The position numbers and the translations under genes were made by a program. This document shows positions 40,001 through 51,700 of a stretch of 64,000 bases of DNA, piece by piece (the stretch's first letter is position 1; the number at the start of each line of letters is the position of its first letter). The notes beneath the pieces were generated by a model that saw nothing but the letters and a program-made list of their open reading frames with translations, searched no databases and was not told the origin of the DNA. The DNA is from Acanthaster planci. Taxonomy: Eukaryota. Location of the stretch: contig NW_019091362.1 of NCBI RefSeq assembly GCF_001949145.1, positions 2,177,838-2,241,837 on the forward strand, given 5' to 3'.

Positions 40001-40986
40001 TTGGTTTTGACGTAGACCTTCAGCCCCAATTGGAATTGGAAATACCATTAAGTTAATGAGGCTTAGCATGGGATCGAGCATGTTTTTGCAAGCTGCTAAG
40101 ACGTAAATGTTACTATGTACAACGTTCGATGTATCACATGTGAAAGGCTAATGACATGCACCGAGGGGCAAGTCGCTTGAAACACCTGTTTGTGATACCA
40201 ACCTAGATTCACTGAAGTCACTCTTTTGCAAGACACTGAAATAGAGGGGTATTCACTGTTAACTTCCGGCATCGCACCAAACCAGTGAATTGCACTGCAG
40301 CAAGCACCATCCGGGCACTCTCAAGTAATTTCAATGTCTCGCAATGAATTTGGATATCTTTGGGTAGTATTTACAATATATGTTACACGAATGTCATTGT
40401 AGTACGACGTAAAAAATCGCCACTGTGAATATTTTTCTAAATTTGAGGAGTTCACCAATTTAGCGACGCTTCTTTCCCTCAAAGTCCGTTCTTAGTTGTT
40501 CAGACTTTAATCTTTGACGGCACAGCACGTTCAAGAACACACTGTCTTGCTTGTTGGTATCCGAAAATATCACATACAATCTCTGTAAAGATGCCTCTTT
40601 GAAAGGAGACTAACTTGATTCAATCTGAAAAGCCAAGGAGGCTGCATCAACCTCCTGGCTTAACAACCGCTTCAGGAGAAATTATGCCTTCAAACAAAGG
40701 CTTCGTGGATTGCCCCCTTTTCACGACTGGAGCTGGCAAATGTCTAAATGTTTGAGGGGTGTAAGGGTATAGTGTGTGACCCGTCAAATTATCGGCTTTA
40801 TACACCTCGTTGTTGGCAGAAAACTGCGCAGCATTTACTCCAATGAAAACGCACACACGAGAACACCACGCCTTCAAAAACAAACAAAAGGGGTGCCATT
40901 TAAAACGAAGCATCAACGAACAATTTCACCGAGACACATGCCAAACAATCAGTCTGCCACATAACATTAAGTAGTAAAGTGGTCAG

Positions 40987-42217
40987 TACGGATATACCAG
41001 GCAAGATAATGGGACGGAGAGGTACCCCCCCTTACGTGCCCAATNNNNNNNNNNNNNNNNNNNNNNNNNNNNNNNNNNNNNNNNNNNNNNNNNNNNNNNN
41101 NNNNNNNNNNNNNNNNNNNNNNNNNNNNNNNNNNNNNNNNNTGAGTACGGAAGCTTAAATAATTATCCATGTTAGCCCTTTACTGAGTTAATTTATCGTT
41201 GAAACAGAGAGACACACTGTACATTGGGAAACACTGATTTTAAAGATAAATTATACCCGAAACACAGATTTCAACGATAACGTTTTGTGGAAACACTTAT
41301 TTCAACGATAATATATCACTGAAATGCAGAATTCAAAGATAACGCAGGCCTATCTTGGAAATATGGCATTATACATGAAACTCAACGACAGGGCAACTCG
41401 GAAATCCGGAAATCAATGATGCATCTTTAATGCCATATCTCAGAAACCGAGAATTCAACGATCATGACGTATATAAATTATTTCTAACGGAGGTACGGGC
41501 ATCCATCCTTCGTGTTATGCAAATGGTTCAAGTCAGAATGGAAACAAGCTGATTAGCAGTAAGTCTGCACAAGGCCTAGGCCGTTTCCAGACCCACAGTT
41601 TTAGAGGGGGGGGCAAAACCGGTGAGTAGCTTCCCTGGTGCACTTTTGCATCGACTAATCGCCCCGGCCACAATGTGAACTATATGAAGCAGCAGCTTAG
41701 ACACAATTTCCAGAGCAAAATGGCTCTGCCGGTATAAACAATCATCCTCCATTTAAGACACTTAATATCTTCACTTTGATTAAAAAAACCTCATTTTGGG
41801 GGGACCCCCCCCCATATCTGCGCTTGGGTCTGAAACCTGCTGGTGTGACACCTTTTTTAGGAGCCACCCTACAATGGCTTCGCGCCGTGGGTGTATAGGC
41901 CTATATCGAGTATCGTCTGAATGTTAATCATTGCGAGATTCGAAAAAAGATGCATAATCTTTGAACTCTGAGTGTAATCATCACTAACTTCCGGATTTCC
42001 AAAATACATTATTGTTGAATTCCACGTGTCCACGTGTGCATTTCAGAGATATCTTATCATTGAAATCAATGTGTCCACAAAGAGTTATCGTTAAGTTCCG
42101 TGTTTCGGGGATAATTTCACAATTTTGAAATCAGTGGAATCCAGTGTATGTCTCTCTGTTTCAACGATAAATTAACTCAGTAATGCGGTAACACGGATGG
42201 TCATTTAAGCCTCCGTA
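40987..42217. mobile_element. IS3EU-like foldback element with about 300-bp TIRs and 6-bp TSD GGTCAG
   Basis: GGTCAG|TACGG at 40981-40991 and CCGTA|GGTCAG at 42213-42223. Arms actgagttaatttatcgttgaaacagagagaca and tgtctctctgtttcaacgataaattaactcagt; ggaaatccggaa and ttccggatttcc. Subterminal ttcaacgataa repeats. Confidence 0.8.
40993..41143 (+). mobile_element. About 180-bp MITE family, copy 3, mostly hidden by an N run
   Basis: tataccaggcaagataatgggacggagaggtaccccccc precedes the Ns. AGTACGGA is duplicated on both sides (40985-40992 and 41144-41151). Confidence 0.6.
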
Positions 42218-42519
42218 GGTCAGGCATTTGAACGTACAACACATCTTCATCATAACAGACAACACACACAAGAAAACCAGAGAGAGGTGCTAAAATATTT
42301 CAGTCTTTCTGTCAACTTCAGAACGCAGATCCCTACAGGAAAACAAAAATTTAACACTGTTTCAATTGACTTATCAATATCTGCAAAATTACGACTCGAT
42401 TTTTTCCCAACATGAGGACAGGGGTGCTTTTCGGACAGGAACAGGGCGCCCTCTTTCGAACGCTCCAGGAAGATCGAGCAAAGTTTGCACGCTGAGTCCT
42501 CACACGAAATCCCGCACCA

Positions 42520-42773
42520 TCACGTGAGACGATACACCTCCTTCATGAGCGGACTAGGCTGGACGGGCAGCTGGCCGTCGAACATGGATATGATGGATTT
42601 CATCTTGTTGATCTGCTCCGGCATCACGTTCCGTAGCAGCGTCAGCAGGTTGAGACAGCGGGCTAGGATGTTGCGCTTGTGAGGGTGGTTCCGGGCCAGC
42701 TCCACGGCCAGGGCCTTGACCAGCTTGTGCTGGAACCGCTCCACAGCCTCGGTGTCGGTCAGCTCTTCACGGT
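42520..42773 (-). CDS. PPAR: PPAR coding exon 7 (LBD helices 9-12, stop)
   Basis: cgaatag|AC CGT GAA... encodes [22 protein letters not shown]...NHP...[12 protein letters not shown]...[14 protein letters not shown] and AF-2 motifs are present. Confidence 0.93.
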
Positions 42774-45700
42774 CTATTCGTTGGCAGTTTCCATTTAGAG
42801 TCGAAAAAGGAATTTTAGAGAAAAAAATGAGACCAATATAAAGTTGCAGAAGAGGCCAAAACCCGTGCGGTATTCGTCTACAGATATGGGCCGCACGGCC
42901 CAAACCCTGTGGACTGATCACCCACTCACAGCGGCCAAATATGAAGGTTAACAAGAAACAAGTTACATGGAAGTGTTGATGCATCCTACATGCTGACGGC
43001 AGTTGGACAGCGTGAGGAAGACAATCTATGCTGAGCCAAGTAGTGCCATATGGAACATTATTAAGCAGGTTTTACATTGAAATAGTTTACTCTGAGCTCT
43101 GATACATAAAAAGCCAAAATTTAACAGGAATTTGTGAGGTTTAGTTGAAATTCGTCGAGGAGTCTGCCCTTGTCGCGATCTTCGACACTGCATGAAGTAC
43201 AGTGTGCTACAGAACTTGTTCGTTATAAAAAAACACACAGCGACTTAACACAGCAACTTTGGCGGCATGCAGACTTCGGGCGCAATACCACCAAATCTCA
43301 GCTTTCCGTTTTAGATGGTTCTGGAAAAGGAACTGTGTCTACATTCACAGTATTTTGCATTCCTTCTAGATCTAGATATGAAGATCTAGAAGAAAGAAAG
43401 TAAGATTTCCTTATGGATAATTATTTCAAGGTCAAAAGTCAAGGGGCAGCTCCAAGAGGGCGGAAAGAGAAGGAAATAATTAGTGGCGCCCTCATACGAC
43501 CACCACTACATGGAAATACCGGGATAAATCTAAAAGTGACATATTTTCCAACGCAAAATAACTGCAAAATAATAATGCCCTTGAGTTGATGCTTGTAAAT
43601 CATCCTGTGAGGCCTGAGGCTGTGATCGGGACATCCAACCGAAAGGCATACCTGGCGCCACGAGAATAAGCAGCGTGAAGAGTGCCTTCTCTCGCCCGAT
43701 CAGTTTCAGCGCATTGAACCGCGTGATGTACGTGAAACTGGGCGACTGGATGTCCATGCGCGTGCAGATCTCTTCCATTCGCTGTTCCTGGACAAAGGTG
43801 TTGTCTTCGGGGAATTGGATTATCCCTAGGTGGTACCTGTGTCAGATAAATACCCAATCATTGTCTATCAACAGCGGAAACAATCAATCAATCAATCATC
43901 AGTGCAGTGCATGTATCAGATCACTGTATATAGCCAGCAAGTAACTCGCTCAAGGTTTTGCACATTGTATTTTGCATTTCTGAAAAATAGCCTCCAGTCC
44001 AGGTTCGTTTTACCGTGAATTACAAATCTTACGGGGCCATCTAATCTTGCTAAGAAGAGTGGCAAGATCCAGTCTGCTTTTTAATGGATCTCCCCATAAA
44101 GTGACGGCAAAATTATTCAGTAATTAGTGAAAAGTCTACAATTACAGGATTAAAGGTAGGGGACAATAGGTACCCTAGTTCAGGGGAATTATACAAAAAT
44201 TTGCTCCACGTGAAATGGCCTGTAACAATCGTGGTTTGAAAGCTCACTGCGACCCGGGTTTTAAAGTCTCGGGATCAATTTCCAGTGCAAGCGTAAGTTG
44301 AGATTGGACATCAAGCGATCGCGACAGGAGGCCACTAAACAAGAGCCAATACACAACAGTGCAAAACTGGACAAAATATGCAGAAGCCTTTTTCGAGCAG
44401 TGAATATTGGTTTAGTTCATCTTTTCCTGTAAAATTAATCTTGACATTCTTCCTGGGGTTTTCACAAGAATATGAAACACAACATTAAGCCAGCGTTGAA
44501 CTAAACGCCATCCTGATGGTCATTAGCTTGCAAAAACTTTTTACAGCCAGATTCGCGTACTTAAAAATCTGGTTCGCTGTGATTTCATTCTGTCACGGCG
44601 ATTTATTGCGTGAACAAAAGGCCAGTTGATATTCGAATAATGTAGAATTTAGTGGGGTTTAATGGTGTCGATAAAAATCAGTTATGACGTGTCAAGGATC
44701 GATACTGGATTTAAATGACAATGTTGCATATCATTTTTGAAAACCTTAGTACTTTAATCTTCAAATGTGTGTCATTACTAACGCCCATTGCATATCGTGA
44801 CGTATATCTTCAGGAAAACCCCTACAAGAACTTTCAAAGGTTTATGTTGCACTCTATGTTGGCAACACGCGGTGAGGCGTCTCCATGTGAGACAACGGCA
44901 TGCACAAGTATCGAACACTGCCTCTTTTGATCAAAATTCGAGGCCGTAGTCGCAAGAGACAGGACCGGATTATGGCCACCCGTCATGCGCTATCCAATAT
45001 AATCCCATGTATTAACTATGTGAGGGATGTCATGCATGTTGTACATATAATTGTGAGTATGCTGGTGTGTAGCAACAGCGCCATCATGCGGTGGCAGAGG
45101 CATTCCTCATGTTTGCCGTCGCCTCGGCTGTTGGCCTGTCTACTACTGAAATTAAATTGGTAAATTTCACTCTTCTTGGGCTTGTAAATTTCTTGTAAAT
45201 CATCGAATGGGTTTCCAGGGGAGTAGAGAAATTGTTAGACATCGTGGGAAGGGTATAAATACATTATTTAATGGGTAAATTGGGCAAATGGTTTTGTTAC
45301 TTTCGAGCGGTAAAATAATGGCGGCCTTATAGCAGTGTGCTCAGACAAGTCTGGGTTGCATATACATGTATGTATACATATATCGGTATCGACGTTAATG
45401 GTGCCGAGATCAAAACTTTGAGTAGGATCTATGGTGGAGTAATTATGTGGGTTATGTAGTTTAGATCATTTGATTGAAGGAAGTTACTGGTTTCGCATAA
45501 GTGTACATTACTTGCATGTACATGTACAGGCACGTGTTGGGCAAATTGTGACATGTAAATTAATGAGACGGGCACATGCACTTGAGGATTAAGTAACATG
45601 TAAATCCCTTGCTTATTGGAGATGATTATTGCTTTAATTCTGAAATTGTTTGGAATGAATGGACTTCAATTATATTAGATTCTATCTCTAAGCTACAAAG

Positions 45701-48700
45701 TAATTAGAGAGTAATTTTCCCAGTACTTGAGGGATATTGATTTATCATCTTTATTCCAATGTGCATGTAATTTTAGGATTGGATAATGACAACAGGGTGA
45801 ACTCTTTGTTATTTCCATCAGGAGGAAGTCCACAGTGTGAATTTAATTTTCTTGGCCATTAATCAATTTGGAAGGATGAGTAGATAAACCGTTTTTCCAG
45901 ACATTTTTCAATTTCATCATTTTAGGGTCAAACTGTGCCATTTCAATACATTCAGATTATACATGTATAATTCCTGCCATTCACCTAGAAGGAACAATTA
46001 ACTTAAGTTGTGTTTCTTTTTTTGTATTTCCTCATGTTTGCCGTCGCCTCTGCTGTTGGCCTGTCTACTACTGAAATTAAATAGCAATAACACCAGCAGA
46101 GATCCGAGCCCAGGGTGTTCTGGTGTGTCTGTTCATGCGTACCCCCCACCAGATAGCGCCCCTCCCACAACTACATTGATACATCGGCAGTGCCGGATGA
46201 ACACACGTGATTGAGCGCTACAACTGGGTCGCTGGAACAACGGCCAAAGGTAATCGCAAGAGAAATCTACCGTAGCAACACACGCGGGAAACGATCGAAA
46301 ACGTACCTCTCGGCGTTAAAGGTAAGTGCAATCTCGAAGCACGACTCTCTGAAGAGAATAAGCTGATCCTTGGCCGACAGCGACCGGAACTCCGGGACGT
46401 TCTTGAGGCAGCTGGCCATCTTGTGGATGCCGATCTCCGAGGCACACGACAGGTGCCGGCTGACGTGGAAGGGGTTGGTCAGCTCCCGGGGCTTGCCAGC
46501 CAAATTTTCCGGGGAAATGCTCAGCGGGGTGATTTTGAAGACAATGCCCGTAGGGAAAGTCACTTCCATCTCCTTCAGAGAGTTAAAAATGGGTCATTTT
46601 TGTTACATGCTGTTTTCAAAGTTTAAATAAGCAATTTTTGAGTTAGATTGAAATAAACTCTGGTACACTGAGTTAATCTGATTGCACATAAACATTACAG
46701 TTTGAATTCCCCAGACTAAAGACACTATTGCTATGTCTCGTGATTCAGGGCATGTTTATGCATGGCCACTATCTCTAGAATGGAATGGTTCCTCTGTGCC
46801 CTTCTTACCAATTGAAAAGAGTGCACTGGTGCAAAGCATCTCTTATGTAACTAGGTGTGACACGTCGGTTGTGCACCTCGAAAGAGCAAAAACCTATCTG
46901 ATCCCAAAACATTTCTGAAAGCTCTCAGATCCAACGGCGAAGCTCACAACGGCCAGAGATTCCATTGCCACGTCTACTTGCAATGTCTAATCTCGACCGC
47001 AAACTAACGTACCTGCGATGGTCGTGTACCTTGTGTAGTGGGCGTGGTTTAAACTGAAGTGGCGTCACACTTACGAACCAGATACTCCCTGTACTGTGTC
47101 GACTCCGGCGGGCGCGCGCGAGGAAGATCAACACAGAGAGCCTCGGTTTCGATGCAGATATCCGCAGACGGCTCTAATCTTAAATCCCTCTATAAGGCTG
47201 TTTTCCAATACTCAACTTTGTCTCCGTCTCAGGCTTCGTTCCCAAAACCAATCCCCGATTGTGGGCCTGAAGCGTTTAAATTACATTGAATTACTGTAAT
47301 GTTTTGGCTTTCTTGCATCTTATTTTATGTTCTGTGGCACTATTAGACTGATTACTTATTGTTCACGTGAATTTAAAGAACTCAGTGTACCAGATTTAAG
47401 TTAAATTTAACTTGTAAAAAGCTTATTTTGTTTACAAAGGGGGTCACGCGTCCAATCTGACAAACTTAGAGGCGGTATCATTGAAATCGCATAAGGCATA
47501 ACACGTGGGACGGAGAGAACCCCCCCCGGCCTTTGTGTTGGTCATTGGTTGATCGGAATCTCAGGAATTCTTTACAGACTTCTAGGGGGGATGTGTTAGG
47601 TAACAATAGTCTAGAGTGTGTATAGGGATTGGACAGGTAACGGGGGGTACCCCCTCCGTCCCATATCTTGCCTGGTATAGTCGGTCGTGCACCTCAACAG
47701 AGCAAAACCAAAACAGAAATGGGTGTATTATATGGCTGCCTCCGAATTGACTAGAGCTGGACATAACACCAATGGCAGCCCCCGCCCTCGTGGCAATAGC
47801 CACGTCCCGTATAAAACGGTGTGCCATTGCCAGCCGATTTTCAGACACGGCCTTAATATGCTAGTTCCGATTAATTCGCTTTTCCAAATCCAATGCGCAC
47901 ATCTCAGTCTAAACTAGATCGTCGAGGAAAATCTGCCTACTGACTGCATACCTGGTTGACATACATACGGAAGCCTTCAATCTCCTTGTCGGATTTTTCC
48001 CCCTCGAAGTGTCTGGCATAGTTCTCGTACACCCGCTCCACAAAGAGCCGGTGCTCGCGCTCCTCCTCGGTCTCGCTGAGTATCAGGTTTTCCCGGACGT
48101 GTTCCATCTCGTGCAGGAGTTTCTCCTTCTCAGCCCGCGGGACGCGCCCCATGCGAACGGCTTGGGAACACAGAACGAGACTCTTTAAAGAATCGATCGG
48201 CTACCTCGCTTTAGTTACACAAATAAAACAGCCTCTGAAACGTTTCTGTCTTACTTAATAGTGGTCATTGCTTTGTCGTATAGATTTTTTTTCACGTATG
48301 GCATACAAGATACTTAGAAAAAAAAGATACAGTTTGGATGAAAGATTTCGTTTTCTTCAACTGTTAGAAGTATTATACACACAGGCCGATATGTTTGCCT
48401 GTAAAATTTTGTTACAAAGCACCAGTAGATGTAATAACGTAACTTGTGCCCATATGCGAGGCTATTTTCCCGAAACATAAGCCAACAATCATTGCGATGC
48501 CTCATCACTGCCATGTTTTCACGACGAGAGAGAACTCGGCTAATTACTTCCCAGTGTTTGGTTGAAGATAATTACATGCTTTATTTAGGATCTGCGCAGA
48601 ACACCATATAGACTGTTTTTAATTTCTGAGTGGACATCGAAGACCAACTTTCTCCAATTGCCTGAACGATAAATGCAAAACGGTTAAAAAGCTTCCAAGA

Positions 48701-51700
48701 AGCGAGTGGGGCTATGCTTAATAGGTCTAAATGGTAGATTCAAATGTCAGACGGATCTCCGCCCATTGCCTGTTGACAAACTTTTATACATGTACCTCCA
48801 AATTAAAGAGCAACTTCCTAGACAACATTGGGGCCAACACACACACCCCAAACACTCACCTCCTGTTGACATTCCAAGTTGAAGGCATTTTTGGAAGCGA
48901 CAATACTGGCATTTATTGCGCGATTTGATAGTGATGTCGCACGGTTTGGTTTCCCAAAGTGGACAAGGTTTGTACTCCAGCTTCATCCGCTGTGTCCGAC
49001 GGAAGAACCCCTGCACAAATCAATCCAACAAGACAGATAACAACTCAACCCGAAACACAAAATGGCCTCTCACTCCTTTTCTTCTGCTTGAATTTAGCGA
49101 AAAGGTTTCTATAAAACTTACACGCCACGGTAACATCCAAACACGGACAGGCCCAGCCCACAAAAAGTCAACAATGTCATGCAGTCTTAAGCGTTTTGTC
49201 TACAGGAAGATAGGTTAACACGACATCCGTATAACACTGTTCGTGCCCTGTTACGAGGATGTAACGCTGACATGCCGTCAAGTGAAGAGAAAATTTCAGC
49301 TTTTAGGGCCATGATAAAGTTTGTTTCTGTGACTCGGGTCTGTTACAACAGAAGAAAATGACGTAAGTAGCCTTTTGAAAGCCTCAATGCAGTGTTCAAG
49401 CACAAGAGGGCGCACTATAAAGTGGCACGCGAGGGAAGGTTTCAGTGACTAAACTTGGATAAAGACAGTTCGACCAACGTCACTTGAACGATGGATGAGA
49501 GGGCACCTTGGTATCGCTGGGTTACTATAATAGCCCCTTTCAGTACACCAAGAACCACTGACGTGAAAATAATTGTGCAATAGAATCAAAATGGGATTTC
49601 CAAAAAAAAATTAGACTACGGTCGTTCGAGTGGCATTGTACTGCACTTGCGCAATGGTAAACTGAGAATCGGTCGACCTGAAGTCGTAGCTCGAACTTGA
49701 ATTTGTCCCTGAGTTGAGATGACATCCAAATCTGCGACCGGCAATTGAAAATGCATGAATCCCATGGAAATAAAGGGCTAGTAGCTATTTTCTATCGATA
49801 CGTGTATTGTTCCAAAAATATTAGATTTGGGGGTTTGTTTTATTTCGTTTTGGTTTCTTTGGGGGCGGGTTCAATTCATGCAGTTTCGGCGAGAATTTCA
49901 TATGACCAGGTATGTTGACTTTCAACCAGTCTATTTTTTTTTCTCAACAAATATACTAATCGGACCCCAATGGCGCTCGTGATGTTTACAAAGCAATGAT
50001 AATAGTCGATGGGCGCCCTTTGGTCGACTATGCCACATCAAAAGTGCCCTTTGATCTTCTGTGTTGAGGCAAATTTAATGCACGGCAAAATTATAATGAG
50101 CGTGTGTATAGCCATCGACATTTTCCGCGCCGCACTTCGAATCTTTCTAATTTTTCATCTTTAGTTCTGTTCCAAACAAAACAATCTGAGCACACATGCG
50201 GAGTGCCTGAACTGAGACATGACGTCTCACGTTAAAAATGTTCTATGGTTTCCAGTGAGCGTTACTCTGTAGTTACTAACTAAGCTAGTCGGCCTATACG
50301 CGAGACAAAACTGTCAAGACCAAATCCTGCACCCGCAAATGACTATGTCCAGGCCACAAATATTTCCAAGATAATTTACCTTGCATCCTTCGCAAGAATA
50401 GACACCATAGTGCATCCCGGAGGCCTTGTCGCCGCATATTTGACAGCGAATGATTTCTGAAAATCAAACAGGATCATTTCATCAGCATCAACAACACCAA
50501 CCCCAAACACTGTGAAAAGTTTGATTTCAAACAGAAAGACTGCAGTCCCTAGCTGAGGACAGAAGATCTTTATGTCGATATAACTCAACTTTTGCTTGCG
50601 TATGATTTGAAATGTCTTGTGTAAACAGATTCAGAAAATGCTTCCGAAGTCAATTCTTACAAGGACACAATGTAAGAGTTTCAACTTTCTGACAGTCCAG
50701 GTACAATAGCATTAGCACTAGGTCTGAGCTGAATACACGAATACTCGAATATTTGATTTCATTTCAGGTTGAACATTCGATACTCAATTATCCGACCTGA
50801 CTTAGCCACAATTAGCATGTACATGTACATTCTTCGTACAAATTTACTCCATCGCAACATCCTCACAAAATAGTGCTCTTATATTTAAACATCCTTCTCC
50901 CTGTTTTCTCCACAGGGCAAAAAATCATTCCGAATAAAAAAAATCACTCGTTAAGCCAAGATTTCACTCCATCCACCGTTGGAGTGAAGTGTTTTGAAAC
51001 TTTCTAGCGTATGCACTCTTTGGAAGGTCGGTTTCTGAACAAGACCATCCTGGTCTATACACAGCAATACTGCAGTCTCTGCAGTGTATTACTAAATGCC
51101 CTACTCAGAGGTAGTTTGTATATTAAAGCAAGAGACAATCGCGACAGGGTGTTAATCATAATCGCTACAGTAACGGCAATGCGTCATGGTAGTTCTTCTG
51201 GGAAAATGTGCCCCTGTTGATACGTTATACGCGGCGCAGTGACGTCAGACACAAGCAACACATGTACACACATCGGTAAGGGCTTGCATATGAGCGATAT
51301 TTCACTATGATACTGTACACGATATTGAATATGAGCATACAACAATTTCCTCGTTCGCCACTGAGTCAACCACTTTGGATTGAAGTCCAAAATATGGCAT
51401 GAAGTAGAAACTCATACAAGCCATTTTCCGATGAGTAATTAAATCAACAAAGCACTGCGATGCAGATCAAACTTGAAAAAGTGGTTCGGGAAAAAACTCA
51501 TTTTCTATTTGGCATTCTATTTTCTACGAAATGGATGCTGGCTGAATATTACATACCAGGACACAAAAACACGTGTACAGCCTGTAAGAAACAAAAACGT
51601 ATACAGGAAAAAAGGAAGCCACATTTTGCTAATCATTTGCATTAAAGCGACACAATAACCTGTGTCTTCTCAAATGATCGGGAAGTTTCTGTTTTGCGGG

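Noticed and set aside
42774..42984. N-terminal part of the 154-aa ORF 42520-42984
   Set aside because: Intronic read-through upstream of the acceptor at 42774; no receptor similarity.
47075..47189. Possible extra PPAR exon ending in C|GTAAGT in intron 4
   Set aside because: It would enter in phase 0 and leave in phase 1, which is incompatible with exon 5. It lies in the GC-rich core of a TIR element.
50376..50588. ORF-track 70-aa [12 protein letters not shown]...
   Set aside because: Wrong frame; the real coding content is the zinc-finger exon 50456-50380.
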